Part shown: positions 44,262 to 60,789 of the stretch, in pieces
Layout of the letters: each line of letters opens with the position of its first letter
Numbering within the stretch: position 1 is the stretch's first letter
NCBI GenBank assembly: GCA_965199715.1
Contig: CBDATA010000001.1
Location: 244,412 to 308,411 of the forward strand
Direction: 5' to 3'
DNA length: 64,000 bases
Origin: Vicinamibacteria bacterium
Lineage (GTDB): Bacteria > Acidobacteriota > Vicinamibacteria > Marinacidobacterales > Marinacidobacteraceae
Notes under the pieces: model-generated
The model's input: the letters and a program-made list of their open reading frames with translations, nothing else
Told to the model about the DNA's origin: nothing
Database searches by the model: none
Position numbers and translations under genes: made by a program

Positions 44262-45575
44262 TCAGCGCCGGAAGACCTCGCCCGCCTTCACGACGAGCAC
44301 CGGATCGTCCAGCGCGGTGATGCTGAAGCGCGGATCCCCCCGGATCACGACGACGTCGGCGAGCTTGCCCGGCTCGATGCTGCCGATCTCGTCCGCCATG
44401 CCGAGGATCTGCGCGTTCACGCGGGTCGCCGCGACGATCGCCTCCATGGGGGGCGTCCCGAGGTCCACGTGCGCCTTCATCTCGCGCCACAGCGCCTCGG
44501 TGTGGAAGTTCATCGGGGTTCCCGAGTCGGTGCCCATGCCCATCACCGCGCCAGCCTCGATCCATTGCCCGAGCGAGGCGTCGCCGAAGAACATCTGACG
44601 CGCCGTCGTGCGGAAGTACGGAAGCGTGTGGAAGCTCTCGAAGCTGCTCTGGAACTCCTCGTACATCGCGGGCGGCAGATCCATGCGCAGCCGCGGATCC
44701 TGAAGCCGCTCGGGGAAGTCCACCGTTGCGGGAAAGACCCAGACCCGGTGCGCGCCCGTGATCACCACCGGGCGCCCGGCGACGACGACGTCGCGCACGA
44801 GTTCCGGCGGGTACGGCGGCGTGCCCGCCGACCCCGCATGGGTGAGGACGTGGATCCCGGCCTCGAGCGCGTTGCGGACCTCGTCGGGACCGTACACGTG
44901 AGCATGCACCCGGAGGCCGCGCTCGTTCGCCGTGTCGGCGATGGCCCGGTAGTCCTCGGCGGTGAGGCCCACCCACGCCTTGATCACGTCCACGCCGGCG
45001 TCGGCGAGCCGATCGACCGCGGCGGAGGCCTCCTCCGGCGAGTTCACGCCGATCTGGATGTTCTCCGGCCAGAAGCTCACCCGCCGGGTCAGCCACGGCC
45101 CGGACATGAGCATCCGGGCGCCGGGGACCTCGCCGGCCTCGATCCGATCCCGGACCCGGAGGCTCGCCTCGAGCGGGGCGCCGAGATCGACCGCGGTGGT
45201 CACCCCGGCGAGCAGGAGCTGCCGCGCCGAGATCTCCATCACCCGCTCCATCGGGATCCCCTGCTCGTCGAGCCACGAGAACCAGCGCCCGTACTCGCCG
45301 TGGCCGGCCACGACGAGGTGGGCGTGGAGGTCGATCAGGCCGGGGAGCATCACCCGGCCCCGCGTGTCCACGACTTCGGCGTCGTCCGGGATCTGCACTT
45401 CGGAAGCGGGGCCGACCGCGACGATGCGGTCGTCCTCGATCAGGATCGCCGCGTGGTGCACCGGCGGCACGTCGTAGGCGTCCAGCAGCATCCCGCCGAC
45501 GAGAGCGAGCCGGCTCTGGGCCGCCGCCGACGCCGCGAGCAGGAGCGCCGCGATCGCGACGGCGAGCCGCGGCAT
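44262..45575 (-). CDS. Secreted amidohydrolase family protein
   Basis: PGLIDLHAH, GVDVIK, VHAH, GTDSG and GSIEPGKLAD motifs; signal peptide. Confidence 0.9.
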   Translation of the reverse strand: MPRLAVAIAALLLAASAAAQSRLALVGGMLLDAYDVPPVHHAAILIEDDRIVAVGPASEVQIPDDAEVVDTRGRVMLPGLIDLHAHLVVAGHGEYGRWFSWLDEQGIPMERVMEISARQLLLAGVTTAVDLGAPLEASLRVRDRIEAGEVPGARMLMSGPWLTRRVSFWPENIQIGVNSPEEASAAVDRLADAGVDVIKAWVGLTAEDYRAIADTANERGLRVHAHVYGPDEVRNALEAGIHVLTHAGSAGTPPYPPELVRDVVVAGRPVVITGAHRVWVFPATVDFPERLQDPRLRMDLPPAMYEEFQSSFESFHTLPYFRTTARQMFFGDASLGQWIEAGAVMGMGTDSGTPMNFHTEALWREMKAHVDLGTPPMEAIVAATRVNAQILGMADEIGSIEPGKLADVVVIRGDPRFSITALDDPVLVVKAGEVFRR

Positions 45576-46534
45576 CAGTGCTGGAGTCGGTTCTGGACGT
45601 CGAAGACGCCCGGGGTGCTGCGGGCGATGGACATCAGGACCCGAACCTCGAGGGGGCTGCGCACGACGCCGGTGAGCAGCACGCGGCCGCGCGAGACGAT
45701 GATGTGGATCGGGGGGTTGACCCGTCCCGCGCGATCCGAGAAGCGCGGGTCGCGGTAGATGCGGTTGTAGAGCGAGAAGCGGATGTCCTGGTCGTTCGGC
45801 GAGAGCGGCAGCACCTCGATGCGGTTGTCCACCGAGCGCACGCCGAACACCTTGCCGACGCGGTTCTCGACCTCGGTCTTCTTGTACGGCTCGGTGACGG
45901 CGCCCAGCAGCACCACGGAGAAGTCGTCCTGGACGCCGAAGTTGACGTCGTCGAAGACCGTGTACTGGGTGTAGCGGAGCACCGCGCTGCGGACGCCGTC
46001 CACGAGGTCCTCCATGCTCTCCGGCTGGGCGACCTCCAGATCCGGGTCCACGGCGACCGCGCCGGGAACCTCGCGCGCCGCCTTCATCACCTCGCCCCAC
46101 TCCCATGCGTTCGCGACTTGGCCGGTGAGGTGGACCACGCCGTCCCGCACCGCGACCATCGGGGCGCCGCCGTCGAGGTCCAGCCCCTCGAAGGCGCGGG
46201 TCGCGTCGGCGAGCACGTGGCCGTCCGGGCGGGTGGGCGGCGGCAGGTCCTCGGGCTCGTCGTCGGCGATCGGATCCGCCTGCAGCACGGTGAGGTCGGT
46301 CTCGACCGCGACGATTCCCTCCACGCCGAGCGCGACCCCGACGAGGCGCTCGCGGTTGACGTCGTCGAGCACCTCCCCGGTGAGGATCGCGACGCCGTCG
46401 CCGACCCGGACTTCGAGGATGCCAACCGCGAGATCGGCCTCCTCGATCGCGGCGACGACGTCCTGGGCGAGCGCCGTGTCGGACCGGGGCTGGGCGAACG
46501 CGGCGACGAGGGCGATGGCGAACAGGGTGCGCAT
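45575..46534 (-). CDS. BON-domain protein (four BON repeats)
   Basis: Signal peptide followed by four repeats of V..G.V.L.G.V....A..V.GV..V.N.L. Confidence 0.88.
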   Translation of the reverse strand: MRTLFAIALVAAFAQPRSDTALAQDVVAAIEEADLAVGILEVRVGDGVAILTGEVLDDVNRERLVGVALGVEGIVAVETDLTVLQADPIADDEPEDLPPPTRPDGHVLADATRAFEGLDLDGGAPMVAVRDGVVHLTGQVANAWEWGEVMKAAREVPGAVAVDPDLEVAQPESMEDLVDGVRSAVLRYTQYTVFDDVNFGVQDDFSVVLLGAVTEPYKKTEVENRVGKVFGVRSVDNRIEVLPLSPNDQDIRFSLYNRIYRDPRFSDRAGRVNPPIHIIVSRGRVLLTGVVRSPLEVRVLMSIARSTPGVFDVQNRLQH

Positions 46535-46602
46535 CAGGGAACCATCCTTTCGGGAACCGGAAGGAAACGCAATTCCGACGCCGGTGGTACCCTCGCTCGC
46601 CC

Positions 46603-47097
46603 ATGCGGTACTGGCTGATGAAGTCCGAGCCCTACGTGTACGGGATCGACGACCTTGAGCGCGAAGGACGCACCCACTGGGATGGCGTCCGGAACTTCAA
46701 GGCGCGCAATCTCATGAAATCCATGGAGATCGGGGACGGCGTGCTCTTCTACCACTCGAACGCCAAGCCGCCCGGAGTCGCCGGGATCGCCCGCGTCTGC
46801 CGCCTCGCGTACCCGGATTTCACTCAGTTCGATCCCGAGTCCCACTACTTCGACGCCCGCGCCAAGAAGGAGAAGCCGTGGTGGTACATGGTGGACGTGG
46901 AGTTCGTCGCCCGCTTCGAGTCCGAGCTGTCGCTGCCCTTCCTTCGCACCCGCCCCGAGCTTGAGGGGATGCCGCTGCTGCGCAAGGGCCAGCGCCTGAG
47001 CGTGCAGCCGGTCAGCGAGGAGCACTGGGCGTGCGTGCTGGCGCTCGGGACGCTCGTGGGGAACCCCGTGCTGCCGGGCCAGGAACCAGGGGCCTAA
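46603..47097 (+). CDS. EVE-domain protein (Thy1-like)
   Basis: YWLMKSEP, WDGVRN..ARN, FYHS and RLSVQPV motifs. Confidence 0.92.
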   Translation: MRYWLMKSEPYVYGIDDLEREGRTHWDGVRNFKARNLMKSMEIGDGVLFYHSNAKPPGVAGIARVCRLAYPDFTQFDPESHYFDARAKKEKPWWYMVDVEFVARFESELSLPFLRTRPELEGMPLLRKGQRLSVQPVSEEHWACVLALGTLVGNPVLPGQEPGA

Positions 47098-48080
47098 AGG
47101 CCCATCCGCCGCAACAGCTCTTCGGCGATTTCCCGGAAGTCCCAGTAGGCCCGGCTGGCCGCGGCCGCATGGCCTCCAAGCGCACCGTCGGCGGCCGTTA
47201 GCTTGAAGATAGGCTTGCGAGCATCCTGAGCGAGCGGGACCAAGCTCCGGTAGTGCTTCACGGTGGCAATGCTGTTTGGATCAACGCCTACCGAAGGTCG
47301 TGGCTCGTCTTCGAGCACGCTCTTGGCGTACTCGGCGGGCATCTGCTTGACCCAGCGGTCATATGCCTTGACCGGACGGCTGAGTCGAACGCTGTGCTGT
47401 TGCACCAAGTATCCGATCGGCTTCATCGCGCCGGCAGGCAATGCGAATTCTGGTCGGGGCCAATGCTCCTTACGAGTAGCCCAGTCCTGTCGCCATTGGC
47501 GAAGTGCGGGACCCAGGTTCCGCAGTCCTTGTCGTGAGAAGAGGTCGGCGCCCAGCGGCACAACGACGAAGTCCGTGGAGATCAAGGCCGCCCGATTGAT
47601 TGCGCCGAGGCTCGGACCGACATCGACCAGCACGACTTCGGCGTCGGCGGTCTTGGCGCCCGCCTGCACGGCCTGCCAGAAGGCGGTAGTTTCTAGAAAC
47701 GGCCGATACGGCTGCGCCCCGCCAAGGCACCGCGGCCATGCCGTGGAGAGGATTTCCTCAAACCCAGAGAGCCGGAGGTCGCCGGGTAGCAGCGAGAGCC
47801 TCTCCGAGAACTGCCGCAGCCGCGGTTCCCGCACCGCACCGACCTTGGTAAGGGGCTCCACACAGCGGTAGATGGTGTTGCCGGACTCGGGCGCTCGGTC
47901 ACTCCATAGCTCCTCCAGCGTGCCTTCGTCGAGAAAGGCCGCAGTCAGATTAGCCTGCGGATCGAGGTCCACGACGAGTACCGACCGATCCAGCTCCGAG
48001 AGCATCCACGCGATGTGGTACGCCAGCGAGGTCTTGCCGACTCCTCCCTTGTTGTTGAAGAAGGTGAGGACTCGATTCAT
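47094..48080 (-). CDS. ParA/MinD-family ATPase (no ParB partner)
   Basis: NNKGGVGKT deviant Walker A, DLDPQANLT and DVGPSLGAINR motifs. Confidence 0.9.
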   Translation of the reverse strand: MNRVLTFFNNKGGVGKTSLAYHIAWMLSELDRSVLVVDLDPQANLTAAFLDEGTLEELWSDRAPESGNTIYRCVEPLTKVGAVREPRLRQFSERLSLLPGDLRLSGFEEILSTAWPRCLGGAQPYRPFLETTAFWQAVQAGAKTADAEVVLVDVGPSLGAINRAALISTDFVVVPLGADLFSRQGLRNLGPALRQWRQDWATRKEHWPRPEFALPAGAMKPIGYLVQQHSVRLSRPVKAYDRWVKQMPAEYAKSVLEDEPRPSVGVDPNSIATVKHYRSLVPLAQDARKPIFKLTAADGALGGHAAAASRAYWDFREIAEELLRRMGL

Positions 48081-49291
48081 CGCAAACGCGCCTTCACGGT
48101 GCAGATGACCCAGTTCAGCGGTGTCTGGTACTCAAGATCGGGGCTACCATTGCGCTGCAACGCACGCCGAGCGGAGGGTATGCCGGCTCCGAATCGCTGG
48201 GCGAGGCCCAGCACGCGCATCGCGTCCGCCAATACCGGATTCCGATAATCGACCAGCCCGGGAGTTCCGAACGCTTCCGGCGTGATCGCACCTGACGGTC
48301 CACCCGGGTTGGTGATCTCAATGCGGTCGTCGAACCAGTAGACGTGGATCGGCGCGTTCGTGCCTTCGTAGCTCCGATGCATGACGGCGTTGCGCACGAG
48401 TTCCCGCAACGCGTCCATCGGATAGAGGGAAGTACGCACCTCGCGCTCGCTTGACGTGAAGTCGACCGCCGTCCGGTTGTGCGCCACGAGCTTCTCTTCA
48501 AGCCGGCGAACTACGTCCGCGATCGGACCGGTGCAGCGCTCGGCATCGGACACCGGATCACTGAGATCGACGCCCTCAATGCGGAGGAACTGCGCCCACG
48601 CGGCAGGGATGAAGTCCTGCGGCCGCGGACTGAGCACGAGGACGCCCGCGACGGTGGGCGTCGGGTCATCCACGCTCGCGATCATCTTCAGCGCGGCGAG
48701 CCGCTGCTCCAACGTCCGATCGTTCTGGGCCAGCGTCTCTGCATCCACGGCTCGCGGAAGGTATTCACTCGAAAAGCGGAGCGTGTCCAAGTCCGCAACG
48801 CTGGCGCTCGGAACGGGTTGGGCATCGAAGGGGGCATCGCGGTGCCGCCGCCTCTCATTCAGCACCCTCTCGTCCTGTGCGGTCGCGATGTCGCGCCGCG
48901 GCCCCGTGCGCACCCAGATTCGCCCCTTGAGTCGCACCGGCGGCGCGTCGGATGGCGTGACTGTGATGACCGCGAGAGGCATCCCACCAAGCACTCGACG
49001 TTCCACAGCCAAGGTGGGCGGCGGCAGGATGTTGCCGTCGGACTTCATGTCGGCGAGCCGCCTCAGCAGCGCGTCGGTGATGTCAAGGCCCACGGTACTC
49101 CCCGCGTCGTTTACTCCCACGAACACAACCCCGGCGCGACCGTGGCCCGGGAGATCGTTCGCGTATGCGCAGATCGCCTGGCGGATCGCGGTCGAAGCGT
49201 CCCCTCGCAGGGACTCCTTGCGCTCAACGAGATCGGACTCCGGCAGACGCAGCATGGCCTCGAGATCGCGGTCCGAGTAGGCAAATGTCAC
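48077..49291 (-). CDS. Schlafen/AlbA_2 domain + HATPase_c_4 (RecG-C-like) protein
   Basis: ESDLVERKES, ICAYAN, GVVFVGVND; RELVRNAVMHRSY, DRIEITNPG, RNP.LA and RFGAGI motifs. GTG start at 49291. Confidence 0.85.
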   Translation of the reverse strand: MTFAYSDRDLEAMLRLPESDLVERKESLRGDASTAIRQAICAYANDLPGHGRAGVVFVGVNDAGSTVGLDITDALLRRLADMKSDGNILPPPTLAVERRVLGGMPLAVITVTPSDAPPVRLKGRIWVRTGPRRDIATAQDERVLNERRRHRDAPFDAQPVPSASVADLDTLRFSSEYLPRAVDAETLAQNDRTLEQRLAALKMIASVDDPTPTVAGVLVLSPRPQDFIPAAWAQFLRIEGVDLSDPVSDAERCTGPIADVVRRLEEKLVAHNRTAVDFTSSEREVRTSLYPMDALRELVRNAVMHRSYEGTNAPIHVYWFDDRIEITNPGGPSGAITPEAFGTPGLVDYRNPVLADAMRVLGLAQRFGAGIPSARRALQRNGSPDLEYQTPLNWVICTVKARLR

Positions 49292-49342
49292 CGGTGCATT
49301 CTCCCCGTTCAGCTTACTCCCGGCGCCAGAGTCCCGCCCCCC

Positions 49343-49903
49343 ATGAGCGCCCCCCCTGACCCCGAGCGAGGTGTCCGGCATCACCGGCCTCCAGGTTCGG
49401 CACATCCGGCGCACCATGGATTCGGGCATGCTTGGCGACGCCGTGACCCGCAACGGACGAGGACGCAGAGTCCGCCGGGACGCGCTGGCCGCGCTGTGGA
49501 TCGCCTACGCCATCGAGACGCTCGAGCCGCCGGAAGCGCGGCCGCGGCTCGCGCGCCACGTGCTGGATCACCCCGAAACCGAGAAGCCTCCACGAGGGTA
49601 TCCACACGATTGAGGTCACCGAATTTCGGGAAGCCGCCGAGAAGGGCCTCACGCGACTGGCGAAGGCCCGCGGCGCGGTCACGTGCGACCCGGGGATCAT
49701 GGGGGGGCAAGCCGTGTTTCCGCGGAACCCGTATCCCGGTGCACCACGTCGCCAGGATGCTCGCCGCCGGGACGCGCAAGCTCTCCCTCGTCGATTGCGT
49801 GAGTTTCGAGCTGATGTCCCGCCGCGGAATCACGGCAGCGCTGGCGCTCGACTCGGACTTCGTCGGGCGCGGGTTCCAGGTTCGCCCGGCACCGCCCCAA
49901 TAG
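49343..49903 (+). pseudogene. Fused remnant of a DUF433 antitoxin and the C-terminal half of a VapC/PIN toxin
   Basis: DPGIMGGKPCFRGTRIPV (DUF433) runs directly into LSLVDCVSFELM.RRGI..ALALDSDF..GF (PIN); three +1 frame shifts in C/G runs. Confidence 0.7.
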
Positions 49904-49980
49904 GTCGGGAATCACCGGCCTCAGATCCGGAAGTCCCTCTTAACCACGTCACATATTGACAGGGCGCACGCGCCCGTTCC

Positions 49981-49989
49981 TGACAGAAT
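49981..49989 (+). promoter_or_regulatory. Putative extended -10 (TGaCAGAAT) 6 nt before the helicase ATG
   Basis: Same 6-nt spacing as at other leaderless-type starts. TTGACA at 49956 has non-canonical spacing. Confidence 0.4.
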
Positions 49990-49995
49990 CCCCCA

Positions 49996-53406
<3,411 letters not shown>

Positions 53407-53415
53407 CCTTGCGCC

Positions 53416-54561
53416 ATGCGTATCGAGTCCATCCGGCTGCGGAACTACGGCGTGTTCCGGGACGCCGAGATGAAGGGCATCCCGCCGCTGGCGGTCCTCG
53501 TCGGCGCGAACGGGACCGGCAAGTCCACGCTTCTCGACGCCTTTGCTTTCCTGAAGGACGCGCTGACGCACAACGTGGCGCAGGCGGTCGCCCGCCGGGG
53601 CTGCTTCCAGGATCTCGTCAGCCGCGGCGAATCAGGACCCATCGGAATCACGGTGAAGTTCCGGGAGAGCAGCGGACGTCTCGTGGCCTACCAGCTTGAC
53701 GTGGGGGGCTTGAACGGGATTCCCATCGTTGAGCGGGAGTCCCTCCGTTACGCCGGAGGCCCGGGACCGCGGAAGCTCTTGGACTTCCGCCGCGGGAAGG
53801 GAGTCACGGTCGTCGAAGGGGACGCGCCCCAAGAGCAGCGCAACCTCAAGGATCCGAGCGATCTGGCGATCAAGGGGCTTGGGGTCTTCGAGCAGTTCCG
53901 CATCGTGGAGGAGTTCCGAGGGCTCCTTGAGAGTTCGCACATCTCTGACTTCCGAGTCCACGAGGCTAGGGCTAGGGCGGAAGCCGGCTTCGCCCAGCAC
54001 CTGTCGGCGCGGGGCGACAACGTGGCGCAGGTCACCCGATACCTCCATGAGCGTCATCGGGGTCAATTCGACGACGTGCTCCGGATCCTGCGCGCCCGCG
54101 TACCGGGCGTGGAATCGGTCGAGGCCAAGCGCACGGACGACGGGCGACTCGTGCTGCGCTTCCAGGACAGTGCGTTTCGGGACCCGTTCCCAGCGCGGTA
54201 CGTGTCTGACGGCACGATCCAGCTGTTCGCGTACCTCATCCTGCTGCACGACCCGAACCCGCATCCGCTCCTTGTCGTGGAGGACCCCGAGACGCACCTT
54301 GATCCGTCCCTGCTCCGGGAACTCAGCGAGGAATTCCGCGACTACGCCCGGCGTGGGGGGCAGGTCTTCGTCTCAAGCCATTCGCCCGATTTCTTGAATG
54401 GCATGGAGCTGAGTGACATCTACTGGCTCGCCAAGAAGAGGGGGTTCGCTACGGTGCGGCGCGCTTCCGAGAGTCAACTCCTTCGCGATCTGTGCGCCGC
54501 TGGCGATCTCCCGGGCACACTCTGGAAGCAGCGGCTGTTCGACGGGGCCTATCCCCAGTGA
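53416..54561 (+). CDS. ABC-type (AAA_21/AbiEii-like) ATPase
   Basis: GANGTGKST, SDGT signature, VVEDPE Walker B and SSHSP H-loop motifs. Confidence 0.9.
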   Translation: MRIESIRLRNYGVFRDAEMKGIPPLAVLVGANGTGKSTLLDAFAFLKDALTHNVAQAVARRGCFQDLVSRGESGPIGITVKFRESSGRLVAYQLDVGGLNGIPIVERESLRYAGGPGPRKLLDFRRGKGVTVVEGDAPQEQRNLKDPSDLAIKGLGVFEQFRIVEEFRGLLESSHISDFRVHEARARAEAGFAQHLSARGDNVAQVTRYLHERHRGQFDDVLRILRARVPGVESVEAKRTDDGRLVLRFQDSAFRDPFPARYVSDGTIQLFAYLILLHDPNPHPLLVVEDPETHLDPSLLRELSEEFRDYARRGGQVFVSSHSPDFLNGMELSDIYWLAKKRGFATVRRASESQLLRDLCAAGDLPGTLWKQRLFDGAYPQ

Positions 54562-55123
54562 ACAGGCTCGTGCTCCTGCTTGAGGAGGAGTCGGCGCAGG
54601 TGCTACTCGATTCGCTGCTTCCGCGCTTGTTTCCGTCTCTCTCGTGGCTCTGCCTGCCACACGACGGCAAGACCGACCTCGACCGCGCCATTCGGAAGCG
54701 GCTGCCGGCGTGGCGTGAACCGGGCGCACGCTTCGTGATCCTTCGGGACAACGACGGTGGAGACTGCCACGCGCTGAAGCAGTCGCTCGTCAAGCTCTGC
54801 GGGGCGCGAAAGTCAGAAGTGCTCGTCCGCATCGCTTGCCAGGAGATCGAAGCGTGGTACTTCGGTGAACCGGAGGCGCTCGCCGCCGCCTATGGCAGGA
54901 CTGATCTGCTGACCATTGGGGGACGCAAGAGTTTCCGTAATCCCGACGCGATCAGGAACCCCGCCGCTGTGCTCGAGCGCCTGATCCCCGACTTCCGCAA
55001 GGTGGACGGCGCTCGAAGGATCGCGCCGCACCTGTCACGCGAGCGTAACCGGTCGCGCAGCTTCCAGATATTTCTGGCCGGCGTGGAGTCCATCGCGGCC
55101 GAAATGACGCAGGTGAACACGAG

Positions 55124-55127
<4 letters not shown>
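54558..55127 (+). CDS. DUF4276-family (TOPRIM-like) protein
   Basis: LLLEEES...GKTDL...LRDNDGGDC...RIACQEIEAWY...NRSRSF pattern; GTG start at 54558. Confidence 0.8.
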
Positions 55128-58348
<3,221 letters not shown>

Positions 58349-58356
58349 CGCCGCTC

Positions 58357-60779
58357 TCAGGCGGCTGCGGGCTGCGCGTCGTCGCCGGACGACGAGGCGT
58401 GGCGCGTGTACACGGCCATGCCCGGACCGATGGCGGCCTGCGCGAGGTCCACCGGGGCCACGTTGCCCGACTGGAGGAGCCGAACGGCGCCGGGAAGCTC
58501 GGCGCGAAGCTCGGTCAGGAACTCGCGTCGGGTCGCGGCCGGCGCGTCCTCGGGCCGCCGCCGGCAGACCAGCACGATGGACGAGGCGAGCGCGTTGGTT
58601 CCAATGGCCGTCGTCCGAGCGCTCCGCTCGGTACGCATCGGCCACGTTCCGCTGAGGGCGAGACCGGACTTCATCGCGGCGTCGAGGAACGTCTCCCACC
58701 CCGTGCTCGCGACGCCGGAGTCGTCCTTGGTTTCGGACTGCTTGAAGGCGTAGTAGATCGTCACCGGGAACCCCGGATGAGTCTGCACGGCGAGTTGGCG
58801 CAAGGATCGCGTCATGCCCTCGAGGAAGAATTTCTCAGCGGCGGCCCGACCGCCATGGCGATACGGAGTGGCGACCAACTCCTGCGCCTTGGGCACGGCC
58901 AGTGTGGAGAAGGCATCCGGAAACACTCCCTTTAGGGAGCGACGCAGCCAGACGTAGAAGAAGTCCGAGAGATCGGCGTAGCCGATGTTGTCGTAATACG
59001 GCGGATCGGTCGATACGACCTTGTCCTGGCTCAGTCCCTGCGTTTGGGCTTCGCGCCCGACGCCGCCTCCACGGAGATGTGCGGGAAGACGCTTGAGACA
59101 CTCGACCGACCAACGGATACCGCTCGTCACGCTCCCCGCAGAATCGGAGAAGAAATTGGTTTCGGCGAAGTCCCACACCATGGGGATCGCCTGACGCCCG
59201 AACAGGTGATAATGACGCTGGTCCAAAGGCCCCCAAGTACACAGCGCATTGCCGTGGTCAGCCTGTTTGCTGAGCACGAACGCGAGATACAGGGACGCCG
59301 CCTCGGCGTAGGCGGTCGCGCCGAGGCCGCCGTCGCGCAGCGGACGGTCGTCGTCGGGGAGGCCGGCCGAGGCGGCGTCATCCCGGATTCGCTCGCGGGC
59401 CTCGCCGACGAGGTCCGAGAACGTCGTCAGGGCCACGAGCTGGCGATCAGTGAAGAGGTCCCCGAACGTCCAGTCCATAGACGGGTCCGAAGTTCCGAGG
59501 CTTCTCGCCCATGGGCATCTCACAGTCAGGCTTCCACGTTACGACTGCTTTCCGCGAGCTTCCGTATGTGCGGGTGTCGGCGACACGTACACGCGCCCCT
59601 TTCTCCGGCGGCCACGACGGCGAGCATCCGCGCCCATCCGCCCTCCTTGCCCTCGTGCCGTTGACGTGGTCGTACCGGACGGGAACTCCCGACATCAGAC
59701 ACCGGAAGCCCGCCTCGGGCGACCTTTGTCCCTGTCTTCGTGCCCCCGTCCGTCGGGGGGCCGACGCGCACGCGGAACCGGTAGCCCCGGCCCTCGACCG
59801 CCGGCTCCACCCACGCCTCCTTCCCCTTCTTCGTCGACAGCATGAACGTCGACGCCAGCGGAACCTCCACGTCTCCGAACGCCGGGTTCGGGCTCCTTAC
59901 CGTCCGCGCCCACAGCCACGCGATCACCGTCAGCTCCCGCCCCTCGTACGCCTTCAGGTCCGGACGCTCCCGAACCATCTCCGCCGTGACCTCCACCTTC
60001 GGGTACAGACGGCCGATCCGCTTCTCCGCCTCGTCCCGCATCCACTTCCCGTAGTACCGGACGTCCTCGGCGAGGCCGGTCGCTCCCGGCCACGCCTTCG
60101 CAACCACCGTCTGCTTCGCCCGGGAGTCCGGGTTCACCGGCGGCCTCCCCGCGAACTTCGGCGGGATCTCGATCATCGCCTTGTTGATGAGCACCGCCAC
60201 CGGGTTCAGGTCGGAGGCGTGCGCCTCGAGGCCGAGCCGCTGCGCCTCCAGCGGCAGCGCCCCGCCCCCGGCGAACGGATCGTGGAAGGCCGGGAGCCGG
60301 TTGCGGTCGAAGAGCTCGTCCGCCCGGGGGTGGTCCGCGTTCTCGGCGCAGGCCCTTCGCCAGCTCTCCCGGATCTCCGCCCGCGCCGCCTCCAGCACCT
60401 TCTCGTTGGCCGTGTTCTCCCACTTGACCAGGTCCTCGACGATGCGGAACAGCCGCCGGCGCTCCCGCTCGGCGGCGGCCTCGGCCAGCGCCGTCGGCGT
60501 CGCCTCCCGCCCCCGCTTCTTCAACTCCCGCCTCGCGGCCGCCCGCGTGGGGCCGTCCGACAGCAGCGCGTCCGCGTACTCCGACGGGTCGTCCACCATC
60601 TGCGCGAAAATCACCGCGCGGGCCACCGCCAGCGGCTTGCGCGACCACCACAGGTGCAGCGTCGAGGGGTGGCCGTGGCGGATCGACTTCTCGCGGGCGC
60701 CGGCGGCGTTGATCTCGTCGAGCGGCAACGCCACCTCGATCAGCTTGCGGCGATGACGGGGGGAGTCCGAGGCGGCCAT
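58357..60779 (-). pseudogene. DUF1156 adenine-specific DNA methyltransferase; frameshifted and 3'-truncated
   Basis: [29 protein letters not shown] (motif I) and TDPPYYDN (motif IV); multiple indels at about 59460-59715; ends shortly after GPGMAVYTR. Confidence 0.85.
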
Positions 60780-60789
60780 CGCGGCTGGA

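Noticed and set aside
46603-47097. EVE protein as a modified-base sensor belonging to the defence island
   Set aside because: It is a standalone Thy1-like EVE with host-like codon usage, convergent to the island, and most likely just the flanking core gene.
47050-47110. att site or target duplication at the left island boundary
   Set aside because: No matching repeat was found within the window, and the right boundary lies outside it.
47094-48080. ParA as a plasmid or chromosome partition system
   Set aside because: No parB, parS-like repeats or replication gene is nearby, and it is coupled to an AlbA_2 gene instead.
49956-49961. Perfect TTGACA as the -35 of the helicase promoter
   Set aside because: Spacing to the candidate -10 is 22 nt, too long for a canonical sigma70 promoter.
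53965-53976. GCTAGG x2 duplication in the ABC ATPase
   Set aside because: It is an in-frame 6-nt duplication, too short to imply phase variation.
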